Shown in pieces: positions 11,404 to 21,577 of a DNA stretch of 64,000 bases. Source of the stretch: Fistulifera solaris (lineage: Eukaryota); the NCBI GenBank assembly GCA_030295235.1, contig AP026136.1, positions 868,001-932,000 on the forward strand. The letters are read 5' to 3'. The position numbers and the translations under genes were made by a program. Below the pieces are notes generated by a model. That model saw only the letters and a list, made by a program, of their open reading frames with translations, was not told the origin of the DNA and did not search any database. How positions within the stretch are numbered: position 1 is the first letter of the stretch; each line of letters opens with the position of its first letter.

Positions 11404-12993
11404 ATGTTAACGAGCGAGGAGACTCCGATCGAAGGATATCTCGGCATTGACAATGGCACACAAGGACTGTCGGTCGTCCTCACTGACACCAATCTGCACG
11501 TTCTCGCGAAAGGGGAAGCTAAGTATGATTTCGTTCCCAATTTACCCGAAGGCTGTTACGAACAACGTGCAGAAGATTGGGATCATGCTTTATCGACTGC
11601 CATGGAACAGGCTCTAGAAAATTTGCAAAAGAAGATGGGTGATAGAATGTCATGGAAGCCCTTGGCCATTGGCATTTCCGGACAAATGCACGGCGAATGT
11701 TTGATTGGGGACGATGGATCGATACTGGGACCGGTCCGATTGTGGTGCGATGCACGGAATGCCGATACCGCGGAAGAGCTTACGCAACAGTTTCAAGTCA
11801 AAGTACCCAAACGAGTGACTTGTGCACGGTTTTTGTGGACGTGTCGTGAACGACCCGAATTGGCGACTCAGGTAGCCCATATCACCACACCCGCCGGTTG
11901 GTGTGCCTTTCGTTTGACTAATGAATTCAAACTAGGAATTGGCGAAGCTTCGGGAATGTTTCCGATGGATATGACCCATTACCATTATCGAACCGATCTT
12001 TTTGAACAATACGATGCGGCATTGAGAGACTCTGGCGTGTCGCGTCGCATGGTAGAATTGCTTCCGACACCCGTCCGTGCGGGACAAAATGGAGGATATT
12101 TGACGGCAGCTGGTGCGGCGTTACTCAACTTGCCAGAAGAATGGGCGGGGATTCCCGTGGCGCCGGCAGAAGGAGATCAAATTGCTGCCTTGGCGGGGAG
12201 TTTGATTGGGAGCGCGGGAACCATCTCATGTTCCTTTGGAACGTCGGTATGTGCTAATGTGGTTGGTGATCGTCCGTTCCAGGGCGTCAGTGCAGCAGTG
12301 GATCAATATTGTGCTGCCGATGGAGCACCAGTCAACATGGTATGGTTGCGCAACGGTACGACGTTTCTCAACACGATTGTAGAATCCTACAGCACAGGCA
12401 GCAACAAGAATGAAGACGCATTCGCCAATATGATGCCACAAGTGATTGATGCACCAGCCGATTGTGGAGGACTACTGGCACTGCCGTTCATGGATGATGA
12501 GCCGGGCCTTCATGTCGAACAAGGTGGTAGTGCTCTGATTGTCGGATGGAATGCCGAAAACGCCAAAGCGGGCAACGTTGCCAAAGCAGCATTACTGTCA
12601 ACCATGTTCAATCTCAAAATGGGATGTCAGATCTTGGATGCACAAGGTTATCCACGGTCGGAATTGGTGCTGACCGGTGGACTCAGCAAAACACCCGAAT
12701 GCGGACAAATTCTAGCCGATGTATTTAACACGCCTGTGAAGCTGCTGGCGTCCGCCGACGAAGGTTGTTCTTGGGGAGCAGCGGTATTGGCCAAGTATCG
12801 ACATTTGTGTCAATCATCAGAATCCTTTTCCTTGGATTGGGCTAGCTATCTACAATCATTGATACCGCCCGACGATGAAACGATACGATTCCAGCCAATT
12901 GCGGACCATGTAAGGGAATACAAAGCAATGTTTACACGATATCAAAAACTGATTCAATTGCAATCACAAATTACAGCAGCTACTAGCCTGTAG
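11404..12993 (+). CDS. FGGY-family sugar kinase, xylulokinase (XylB)-like
   Basis: LGIDNGTQG, ISGQMHG, LWCDARN, GDQIA, SFGTS, LTGGLSK; intronless. Confidence 0.85.
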   Translation: MLTSEETPIEGYLGIDNGTQGLSVVLTDTNLHVLAKGEAKYDFVPNLPEGCYEQRAEDWDHALSTAMEQALENLQKKMGDRMSWKPLAIGISGQMHGECLIGDDGSILGPVRLWCDARNADTAEELTQQFQVKVPKRVTCARFLWTCRERPELATQVAHITTPAGWCAFRLTNEFKLGIGEASGMFPMDMTHYHYRTDLFEQYDAALRDSGVSRRMVELLPTPVRAGQNGGYLTAAGAALLNLPEEWAGIPVAPAEGDQIAALAGSLIGSAGTISCSFGTSVCANVVGDRPFQGVSAAVDQYCAADGAPVNMVWLRNGTTFLNTIVESYSTGSNKNEDAFANMMPQVIDAPADCGGLLALPFMDDEPGLHVEQGGSALIVGWNAENAKAGNVAKAALLSTMFNLKMGCQILDAQGYPRSELVLTGGLSKTPECGQILADVFNTPVKLLASADEGCSWGAAVLAKYRHLCQSSESFSLDWASYLQSLIPPDDETIRFQPIADHVREYKAMFTRYQKLIQLQSQITAATSL

Positions 12994-13081
12994 CAATAGT
13001 TATAACTGTGCTATTTCACGTCCATCTCTCTCATTCTAAAGATTAAATGCTACTAAAAATCATCGACATCTCCAAAGGCGT

Positions 13082-13460
13082 TTACTTTTCAGAAGCAGCA
13101 GCTAGCTTGGCTTTAGAGGCAGCCATTTCCTGCAATAACAAGAGAATGATTTGCGGAATAGAAGTGAGTTAGTCAGCCTTTTCCATTCTTGTGTCGTTTC
13201 AAGTCTTGCTCGAAATTGCGATACGTACAGCAGCTGTTTTAGTGCGGGGTTTATAGTAATCAGCAGATCGAACGCTTTTACATTTTCCGAGCTATAATGA
13301 CATTAAACGGAAAAAAGTCAGGGTTTTAGAAGAAGCGCGAGAGATTATAATACGTGAATGCGATCGATTGCTGTATAGCTCGACGGTGACGATGCTTGGC
13401 CCGCTTTTAACTCACCTGGGCATCCAATTGTGCAGGTACAGGGAGAACTTCGTCTGCCAT
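13082..13460 (-). CDS. 51-aa three-exon microprotein (exons 13460-13416, 13291-13229, 13129-13082)
   Basis: ACCATGG start; donors gtgagt and gtacgt, acceptors tag and cag, gactaac branch site; all phase 0; MADEVLPVPAQLDAQ-LGKCKSVRSADYYKPRTKTAA-EMAASKAKLAAASEK*. Confidence 0.75.
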
Positions 13461-13896
13461 GGTTTAACAGTGAAAACTACGTGAGAATATTGATCGAAGG
13501 GTAGCGCAAGCAATGCAAGAGTGTTCTTCCATACACAACTAGAGTCCTGTAGCGAATAAACAAAATGCGAGAAAACAAAAACGCGGCATTTTTCTTTTTG
13601 CTTGAAATGACGTACGCCGTACACACCTGCAGGAATGGACATGAAATCAGTCACATGCAACGCTACGTTTCGTTTTATGGTTAATCCGCTCGTGTCTTTT
13701 GCAATGAAAGAGACCCACAATAAGCATTCTACAACACTACATCAAACAACCAAGAAGTCAAAAAGAGAATCAATGAGTTCCTCGTGCTAATAAGTGGTCA
13801 TGTAGCCCGGCGAAGAAGAACGCCATTTATTCTTTGACTCGTTCATTATGCTATTAAGAAGAACCCGTAACACTACACCGTCTATTCCTTTCTTTT

Positions 13897-14417
13897 TCAA
13901 AAATCTTCCTCCGAAAGACTCAATGCCTTAGCCAAGGCAACTTCTTCGTCATCGTCATGTATGTATTCATCGTCATAATGAACCTGACGTGAAGCAGATT
14001 CATTTGACATGCTCAATGCGATAGCTTTTGCAAATTCAAGTCCTTGGAATCCTCTACCGCCTCGTTTGACGTATTCCTTTGAAACATCCCAAAGAATCCG
14101 CGCTTCTTCTTCTTCTTCTTTTTCTCTTGTTCCGTGGGAATCATGGCCAACGTCGTGCGCAATTCCCGAAGTTTCGCTTCGCCGCGGGCACGCATCGCCG
14201 GCGTCGCGTGTTGCACTTGGCTCGCTCCCGATGGTGGTTCGTCCCAAACACGCTCACCGGTGCGTCGATTGCGATAATACGATCGCAGCAACAATTTGGG
14301 GGCACCGTCTTTGGTCACGCTTTCACAGACCGTCACCCGCTCGCACCAGACATCGCCATCTTGAAGATCGGTAGCAAGATGAGAAAATCGACTCGAGTCT
14401 ACCGCAGCGGAATTCAT
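13897..14417 (-). CDS. Small protein with WW-like domain, poly-Lys tract and two UIM-like motifs; frameshift near 14026-14029
   Basis: W..(insert)..YYRNRRTGERVWDEPP; DLNLQKAIALSM (after frame correction) and EEVALAKALSLSEE. Confidence 0.7.
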
Positions 14418-14815
14418 GTTACGAGAACAACTTAAGAAATACTCTTTCGCTGAACAAGACTCAACGGTTGGAGACGACTTCTTTTACAAGAATGTGCTTT
14501 GGAAATAAAAAAGTCTCTGCGGTGGCCGTTTCTGCACTCTCTTCCCCCCTCAAAAGTAGAAGATGAGAGGATGAAGCTATAATATCGAAGAATGAACAGG
14601 ACACGAAGCTCGACTTTACGAATCGGAGAGATCAAAAGAAAGAATGATTTTGATGTTGTCGTGGTTTTGAGCGAGAAACACCAAAAATTGTCCGCTCGTT
14701 GACCCTAACCCCAACTCTGTTGGAGTCATTGTGTTGTGCTAAGTACATACTCGGTAGTACGCATCGAGTTAATTCCTTATAGGACTTAGTTCTCACTACT
14801 TTTGTTGACTATCAA

Positions 14816-15502
14816 CTATATTATCTCAGTTGATCCTAACGGAATAACTTTATTTCGATCAAACAACGCCGTTTGACCCACACGATTCCCTCTGTTGTCG
14901 TACACATTCCACAGCAAGCCCTCATTGATCTGAAACAAGTCACCATGTTTGGTCACACGGATAGCTTTTGTGTAAACTTGAAATCCCCGATCCACGGAAG
15001 CTTGAATTAAGGCAGCACGATCAACCCGCAGATTCGGTGGAGCCGACTTCCGACTGGGGAGTTGATAAATTTCCTCCGGTTCATATTGGAAGGTTTCCAT
15101 AGCGGCCCGATTGAAATAATTGTAAATGGGATCCTTCTGTATCCCGTGCGATAAAATAGCGTAGCGTGTGTTTTCGTGCGCCGCTTCCAAGGACGAAACT
15201 TCGGTCATGTGCTCCAAGAGTGTTTTGCCCGTGTATTGTCGCAGTGCATTGGACGAAAATAAAAGCCATTCTGTCACATTGGCCACGCGCCCTGCTGGAG
15301 TTGTCATTGTATCCGTATTTTGATTCATACAAATAAGTGATGATGATATTTTACTTGGACGAAGAGAAGTGCAACTAAAAATTCTTCGGGGCATCCGAGT
15401 TGGCATTCCTGTCCGTTCTCTTCTCTCTACAGAAAATTGGAACGACGCCACCCTTTGCGCGAAAAGCAAAGATAGCGCGCTTAGAAGACACAACGATACC
15501 AT
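14816..15502 (-). CDS. Stand-alone MEKHLA (PAS-like) domain protein with plastid-type bipartite signal
   Basis: SHG..DPIYNYFN.AA..F......LPSRKSA, RVTKHG..F.I...LWNVYD..G...GQTALF; signal peptide ending VASF. Confidence 0.85.
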   Translation of the reverse strand: MVSLCLLSALSLLFAQRVASFQFSVERRERTGMPTRMPRRIFSCTSLRPSKISSSLICMNQNTDTMTTPAGRVANVTEWLLFSSNALRQYTGKTLLEHMTEVSSLEAAHENTRYAILSHGIQKDPIYNYFNRAAMETFQYEPEEIYQLPSRKSAPPNLRVDRAALIQASVDRGFQVYTKAIRVTKHGDLFQINEGLLWNVYDNRGNRVGQTALFDRNKVIPLGSTEII

Positions 15503-16002
15503 TATGGACTTTCTCGTTTGTTATTGTATAATCGAACAGGAAGATTAGAATGGCTGATCAACCCCTGATCAATGATCAATCGTCGTTCGTCGCTCGTCAT
15601 TGTGACAGTTTAGTCCGCCTTTTGACGGTACTCAAAATACTACTTATGAGTGTGTCAAAAAGTACTATAGTAAGAAGTGTTGTATGTTTTTGTCCAAGAC
15701 TGAAATCTTAGTCATGAGTCATGAGTGTGTTTTGAAGATGGTCCACCACGTCCACGGTCAATCTCTCCCTTCATGCAATTGCATATTCTATTTCGTGTTG
15801 CTAATCAAGCTACTTTGGTGATCCGGACATGATGTTAGGAAAGAAGTGTTTCAGCGCGATAAAGGTCTACGTTAGATTACTTTGACGACAAAGAATACTA
15901 TGGACATTAGGGCGTTTGAGGGACGCCTAATGATTCAGTCCACGGCTTACACCCGATATGCAGTAAGTGACGAATGTTTCAATAACTGGTCTAGTTTATT
16001 AT

Positions 16003-16689
16003 TTACTCATAAATCCAAGCACTGGCACACGATTCCCATTCACTGATACCCTCGGGGAACCACAAGGCAATCTCGGCATTGGCCGACTCGACCGAGTCAC
16101 TGCCGTGACAAATGTTACGACCAACTTCGATGCAGAAATCTCCACGGATGGTTCCCATGGCACTTTCACTGGGCATGGTGGCTCCCAACATCTTGCGCCC
16201 CTCCTTGACCACATTTTTGCCTTCCCAGACCATGCAGACGACGGGTCCACTGGTCATGTAAGCAATCAAACCGGGAAAAAACTTTTTGTCCTTGAGATCG
16301 ACGTAATGCTTTTCCATGTGTTCTGCGCCGGGGGCGGTCAACTTCATGGCGACGAGCTTGTAACCTGTCATTTGGTGGAATGTTCGAAATGAGATGGGAA
16401 AGATTGATTCATTCGTCTTACATCAAAGAAGCTACAAGGCACGTACCCTTGGCCTCGAAACGGGCGATGATTTGACCAACGAGTCCTAGAAAAAGGAGAA
16501 AAAAAGGAAGTATGAGAACAATTCGAGTCATTCTTAGGAGCTGTTGGCAAATGACTCCTCGGGGATCGCACCTCGCTGGACACCATCGGGTTTGATCTAA
16601 AAAAGGACAGCGCGTGTCAGTCTAAAAAAGTCAACAACATTCCCAAAAAAGACAAAGAATCGACGTACCATAATGTAAGTGCGCTCCAT
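16003..16689 (-). CDS. NDK: Nucleoside diphosphate kinase (exons 16689-16669, 16596-16572, 16485-16447, 16364-16003)
   Basis: [33 protein letters not shown] active-site His; phase-consistent introns. Confidence 0.97.
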
Positions 16690-17073
16690 TTTGTTCAAGT
16701 GATTATGGTTTATTCTTGCAAAACGGCAAAATAAAATTTTTGTGAGAAATATAAAAAAAGCGATCGGTTTTGCGGTTGTTTACGTTCGCGCAAGATGTGG
16801 CCGTTGATGAAAGGCGAATGAGCCATTTTTGAAGCGCATGACAGACGAGACGGAGGACCGTTGCCGGCCGGCGCACGATCGCGCGCCATCGCCGATCCGT
16901 ACCGACCGACAAAGATCTTTCGTGTCTCGTGTCTTCCTCTTCTGGCACGACAACCAAAGCTTTGAAACGAGTTCGACTGTTTGTTATTCTTGTCAATACC
17001 TGGTAGTCAGCCGAACAATAACAAGTGTCTTTTACATTAATATTATTCAAAATAGAAAATAACGACAAAAAGA

Positions 17074-17613
17074 ATGAAACCTATACCCGATAACATTAAA
17101 CAGATCCTTGGGCAGCTCCAAGGACCGCAACAGGTTGCTCTAAAAGCGTATATTGGTACTTTGCGTGCGGAAATGAAAGATTTGGAAGCACAACTGCACG
17201 CATTAAAGAATCCGGCGCCGGATCATGGGCATTACCACGGACACGAACTTTGCACTGCGGATCACGGGCATTCCGAGCACGCGCACGGTCACAAGAAGGA
17301 ACACGAACCTCCTCATCATCATCAACATAAAGAACACGATCATCATGAACATCATCACAAAGAACACGACCATAAACACGATCATCACAAAGAACACGAT
17401 CACAAGCACAATGAGCATTGCGACCACAAAGATCACGATCATAAACACCATCACAAAGAACATCACGATCATCATGAGCACAAGCACGAACATCATCACG
17501 ATGAAGTACCGGTCTGGAAGAAAAAGGCCATGGAAAGTGATCCTTCCGCGGCACCCTTTGGTGGAAGCTGGAATGCGGAATCAAATGTGAATGCCAAGCA
17601 TGGTAAACATTAA
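17074..17613 (+). CDS. His-rich protein with N-terminal helical/coiled-coil domain
   Basis: 179 aa ORF with ATG after A-rich leader; non-repetitive N- and C-termini flank ~95 aa of H/K/E/D repeats (HKEHDH) with two Cys. Confidence 0.8.
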   Translation: MKPIPDNIKQILGQLQGPQQVALKAYIGTLRAEMKDLEAQLHALKNPAPDHGHYHGHELCTADHGHSEHAHGHKKEHEPPHHHQHKEHDHHEHHHKEHDHKHDHHKEHDHKHNEHCDHKDHDHKHHHKEHHDHHEHKHEHHHDEVPVWKKKAMESDPSAAPFGGSWNAESNVNAKHGKH

Positions 17614-17790
17614 AGTTTTTCAGGCATTGTAGTCTTGAGGCGTAAACGTTGATAGTGGGCTGGAACGAAAGTAATAACTTCTCGCACATCGAAATCAACA
17701 AAAGAGATGCTAATTCGGTTACTAAAAATGATGTTATTTACCCTACGAGACGAATCGACAAGTAAGACGACTCAAGAAAACCTACGTGTA

Positions 17791-18908
17791 CTACTCCAAA
17801 TCCGGCAAATCATCCAAATCGTCCACTTCACCAATATCCGGAATGCCATCATCGTCGTAGCCGCCCGTATTGCCGCCGCCACCCATACCAGCCATACCAC
17901 CAAACTTGGCCATAAGTTTTTTGCATGACAGGGCCGACCTCAGGGTCACTCATGAGCTCTTGCATCTTGGCGGGATCGGGCATTCCTCCTCCCGTCATGA
18001 GACCTTGAAAGGCGGACATGACCTTGGGGTTCTGCATTGCCGCCAACAACTCGGGATCCGACATGAGACCTCCCAACATGCTTTGAAAGTCCATATTACC
18101 CGTCATACCTCCTGGTACACCCGGTATACCACCCGGAAAGCCGGGCATAGTACGGGGTGTCGAGGATTTCTCCTTGGCTTCTTCTTGCGCCTTTTTGATT
18201 TCTTCCGCACGTTTTCGAAGTTTCTCTTCTTCTTTGATGCGATCTTCGGCTTGTTTCTTTTCCATTTCAATATGCTTTTCTGTCAACCATTTCAAATCTT
18301 CTACGGTACCTTCATCAAAATCAATCGTCTGGGCTTGACTCCAAATCTTTCAAAGCCTCTTCCCATAATCCCAATTCCTTGCGCGCCTTGCCCCGCATGC
18401 GCAACGCTTTCGCGGAATCGGGATTTTCCTGCAACGCCGCATCGCAATCGCGCTCCGCAGCCTTGGCGCGACCCAATTGCAACAAGCAGTAGGCTCGATT
18501 CGCGTACACGAGCGCGGAGGGAGGTGCCGCCACAATGGCGGCCGTGTATTCTTCGACGGCCTTGTCCCAGTTTTGGGCGTCCTTGGCATCAGCGGCATTC
18601 TGTTTGTGTTCCGCGGCCTTTTCAAAATCTTCTGCGGGGGGTTCATACAGTGGAGGTAAATCCTCGTCCATGGGAGTTGCAGCGTCGTTCATTTCCACGT
18701 CGTCGTCGTCAGTGCCTCCGAGTTGTTGAATCTTTTCGCGGAGACTTTGAATATACGTTTCGACCAATTCTAGACGTAGTAAAAGCGGATAAGAAGATTT
18801 AATGAATCATAGATTGTTGAAAGTCGCAGGGACAGCTCGGAAACACGACTTACCTCGATCCGAAGAGCCAAGTTTTTCGAGGGCAGCGGTCACAGCTATT
18901 GGTGTCAT
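17791..18908 (-). CDS. ST13: Hsc70-interacting protein Hip/ST13 (TPR + GGM repeats + STI1/DP domain); intron 18853-18770; frameshifts near 18341 and 17917-17922
   Basis: Three TPRs (YANRA...DCDAALQENPDSAKALRMRGKA), charged linker, PGGIPG/GGM repeats, DPELLAAMQNPKV and DPEVGP, corrected end DDLPDLE*. Confidence 0.9.
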
Positions 18909-19661
18909 ACTTTCGTTTAAAATGCGTCTTTTTGTCGCTAACTAAATAGCTCGATCCCGTCAACGAGAGGAATCGGAATTGCTATGTGGTACCTGGTATA
19001 AGTTCTGTTGATAATCACTTACTCAAGCAATAATGATGATGAATGATGTCAACAACATCCTTTTCTGGTCGTATGCGGATCGCTTCGATCTATGGGTTCG
19101 CTTACAGAATGACATACCGGTATTCCAAGACCAGTCCAAATGTTACACGTGGCGCTCGTGAACCCTTTCTCGGTCCCGGACTAGGCAGGTATAGGCTACA
19201 TTGCACGTTGCATGCGAAAACAATGTTAGGCATGAGGAGTGGGTGACAGTTCACATCGAGACGAAACACTTCTTTCTCTTAATAGAAGACAAATCAATAT
19301 CGGGTTCCTATAAAGGAGTACTGGCTCATTCTTCCGCATACGAAAGAATATTCTATTCAGGTACCGGTACCTGGTACTGTACTCTCTTTTAACAGGTCGT
19401 CGCCATAAGAACCTGTGACCAAGTGGGTAAGCGGTCTGTTTGCGCATGCAGCATGCACGTTGTCTACCGCATCCGTGCTACGGTCAATACTGCCTTTTGG
19501 TTGTTCATCTTTCCGAATGACGCAGAACAAGCTCTGGTGCGGCAAGTAACATGAACTTTCATGGGATGAAAAGTGCCCTTCGCAGCGTACTTGACCTTGA
19601 TCTTACAATCTCCATCACCTTCTCAATTAAAGGAACACATCCGATCCTCTTCTCGTCGAAC

Positions 19662-20665
19662 TTACCCGTCACTATAATTCTCAAGCTCGGAATACACCAC
19701 AGAATACACCGACATTGTAATTGCAGCAGATGGAATTCCTCTTCCGTACGCAACTTGCCATCCGTGAAACAGCCGCTGATTAACACCCCAAAAGCCCTCT
19801 TTGTAGAAAATGTCCCGAAGGGTTGACAATGCTGAAAAACGCAGACTCCAGTCAGTGGATGACTGCACCCATGTTTTCACCGTATCCAATGGCAATCCGA
19901 CCAACCAAAAAGCAAAACCAGCAGCTCCACCCGACGCTAGACTGGTGGCAAACTTTGGTTTTTTCACCCGGAGGGGTTAATATTTCTTGCATCCCATGCA
20001 TAGTACAGAAGAATAAACCACAGCCTAACCCGTCTCGCCACAAAGCCCAAGATGCTCCTCTCCACAGAGCTCGAACACCTTCCGGTTGTTTCAAAGCGTA
20101 ACGAACGACATCAGCACTCCCCTGAAACCGCGTGTGTGACAAGGATTGCTGACAGGCCTGCTGTGTATGTTGCGCAATTAATTGATTGCGCACAAATTCT
20201 ACGGGTGTGACAAAAGTACTGCATTGAACGCCCCACCCATGAATCCGCACACAAACCGATCCCAGTAATTCAATGAAAGCGTGTCGTTGGGTGGCGAAAT
20301 AGATTTTGTTGATGGTGTGCGAGATGTTTCCGATCCAGTATCCACACCAGTGTCAAATTATTAACAACAAAAACCGTTGACTTGTAAATGACTTGTGCCG
20401 CGAGAGGCAAATTAATTCCGGTGTAAAGTGCTGGGATTCCTCCGTGTTGCAAGGTGTGCCGGAGTACGTATAGAGGACCGTGCGATGGTCGAAGGCCCAT
20501 CGATTGTTGCACCGATGATGCTTGCATTTTGGTGCGCAACACATCCATCGGATACAGGACAATAGTACTAGCGATGCCAGAACAACTACCCGCTACAATT
20601 GAATTGCGAACGAGAGATGACCGAGAAGGTTCGAACGACGGGGTAGAGGATTGTTGCGTCGCCAT
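19662..20665 (-). CDS. Mitochondrial carrier (SLC25; carnitine/ornithine carrier-like), broken by apparent frameshifts
   Basis: Three Px[DE]xx[KR] repeats: PMDVLRTKMQ, PVEFVRNQL, PLDTVKTWVQ. Confidence 0.88.
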
Positions 20666-21577
20666 GTCGGTGTGTGTGGGTGTGGGTTATCAAAAACGGA
20701 CCCGACTCCTCCTCTTTCCAACCACACGAGAATGAACGTGCCCTCTGTCCAATATTATTCGAGGCTTTAAGTTATAAGCGTCTCATGTAGATAGGATGTA
20801 GTGAAGTCATCCAACTGAGTACTGGTAATGAATGGCATGAATTGAATGAATTCTTTTTCATTCGTCATTCCCATTTTTTTCGTTGGGTCGAAAAATAATA
20901 ATACTGTACTCCGGAGTACTACCAGGTACAGTCCTTCGGAGTAAAAAGAAACGCACATTCCGTCCGCCGTCCGCCGTGTGCTACTGTACCAGATACAAGT
21001 ATAGCCACAAATTGCAAGCGACTTTTCCCCCTGACTAGATTTCAGTCATGAATCGTGATCGATTGCATACAGCATGTTTGTTGAGTCGTCGTCGTCAAGT
21101 CCCATTGTTTTCGTCCATATCGACTGATTCAAGCAGTTTTTACTTTGATTTCATGGGTGGTTGAGATGATGATGATGTTGTTGAAATAGTTTGCATTTGT
21201 GCGTTTAGTTTTCCCGTGACTGTTGCTCGGTAGGCCAGAGATTGAATGAGGTCTGAGCTTCATCCGTCATCAAGAGCTTCGCCATTCTTTTCGTCGCACC
21301 CAGCCTCAATCCTCACACATACTTTGTGAAGTGGTGACTCACACACACCTCGAGTCAACCCCCTTTTAGTTAATTCATTCAATTTCCAAAGGCGCCGATC
21401 CTCTCTTGCATAGGGAACGTTGCAAGCAACCGCTATCTATTCTCGTATCTCTGTTCGAGTAGATTTGGACAGAGAAGAATAAGTCGGTTGGTTGGTACTT
21501 TTAAATTTTCGAAACCGTCATCATCAGTCGTCGTCGTGTCTTTTCTTACCACCATTGTCTTCAATAAAAAACACAAC

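Noticed and set aside
15907..15931. Hairpin ATTAGGGCGT-N-ACGCCTAAT downstream of NDPK
   Set aside because: Short imperfect stem compatible with chance; no SECIS features and no in-frame TGA in the gene
2926..17613. Metal-homeostasis cluster linking the ZIP transporter and the His-rich protein
   Set aside because: 13 kb apart with eight unrelated genes between them and no shared upstream motif seen
17096..17701. Alternative-frame and antisense ORFs over the His-rich gene
   Set aside because: Shadows of a stop-poor codon repeat; only the His frame has a good start and structured termini
21160..21260. Possible C/D box snoRNA (ATGATGA...CTGA)
   Set aside because: The box C lies in a GAT microsatellite, with no terminal stem or recognisable rRNA guide
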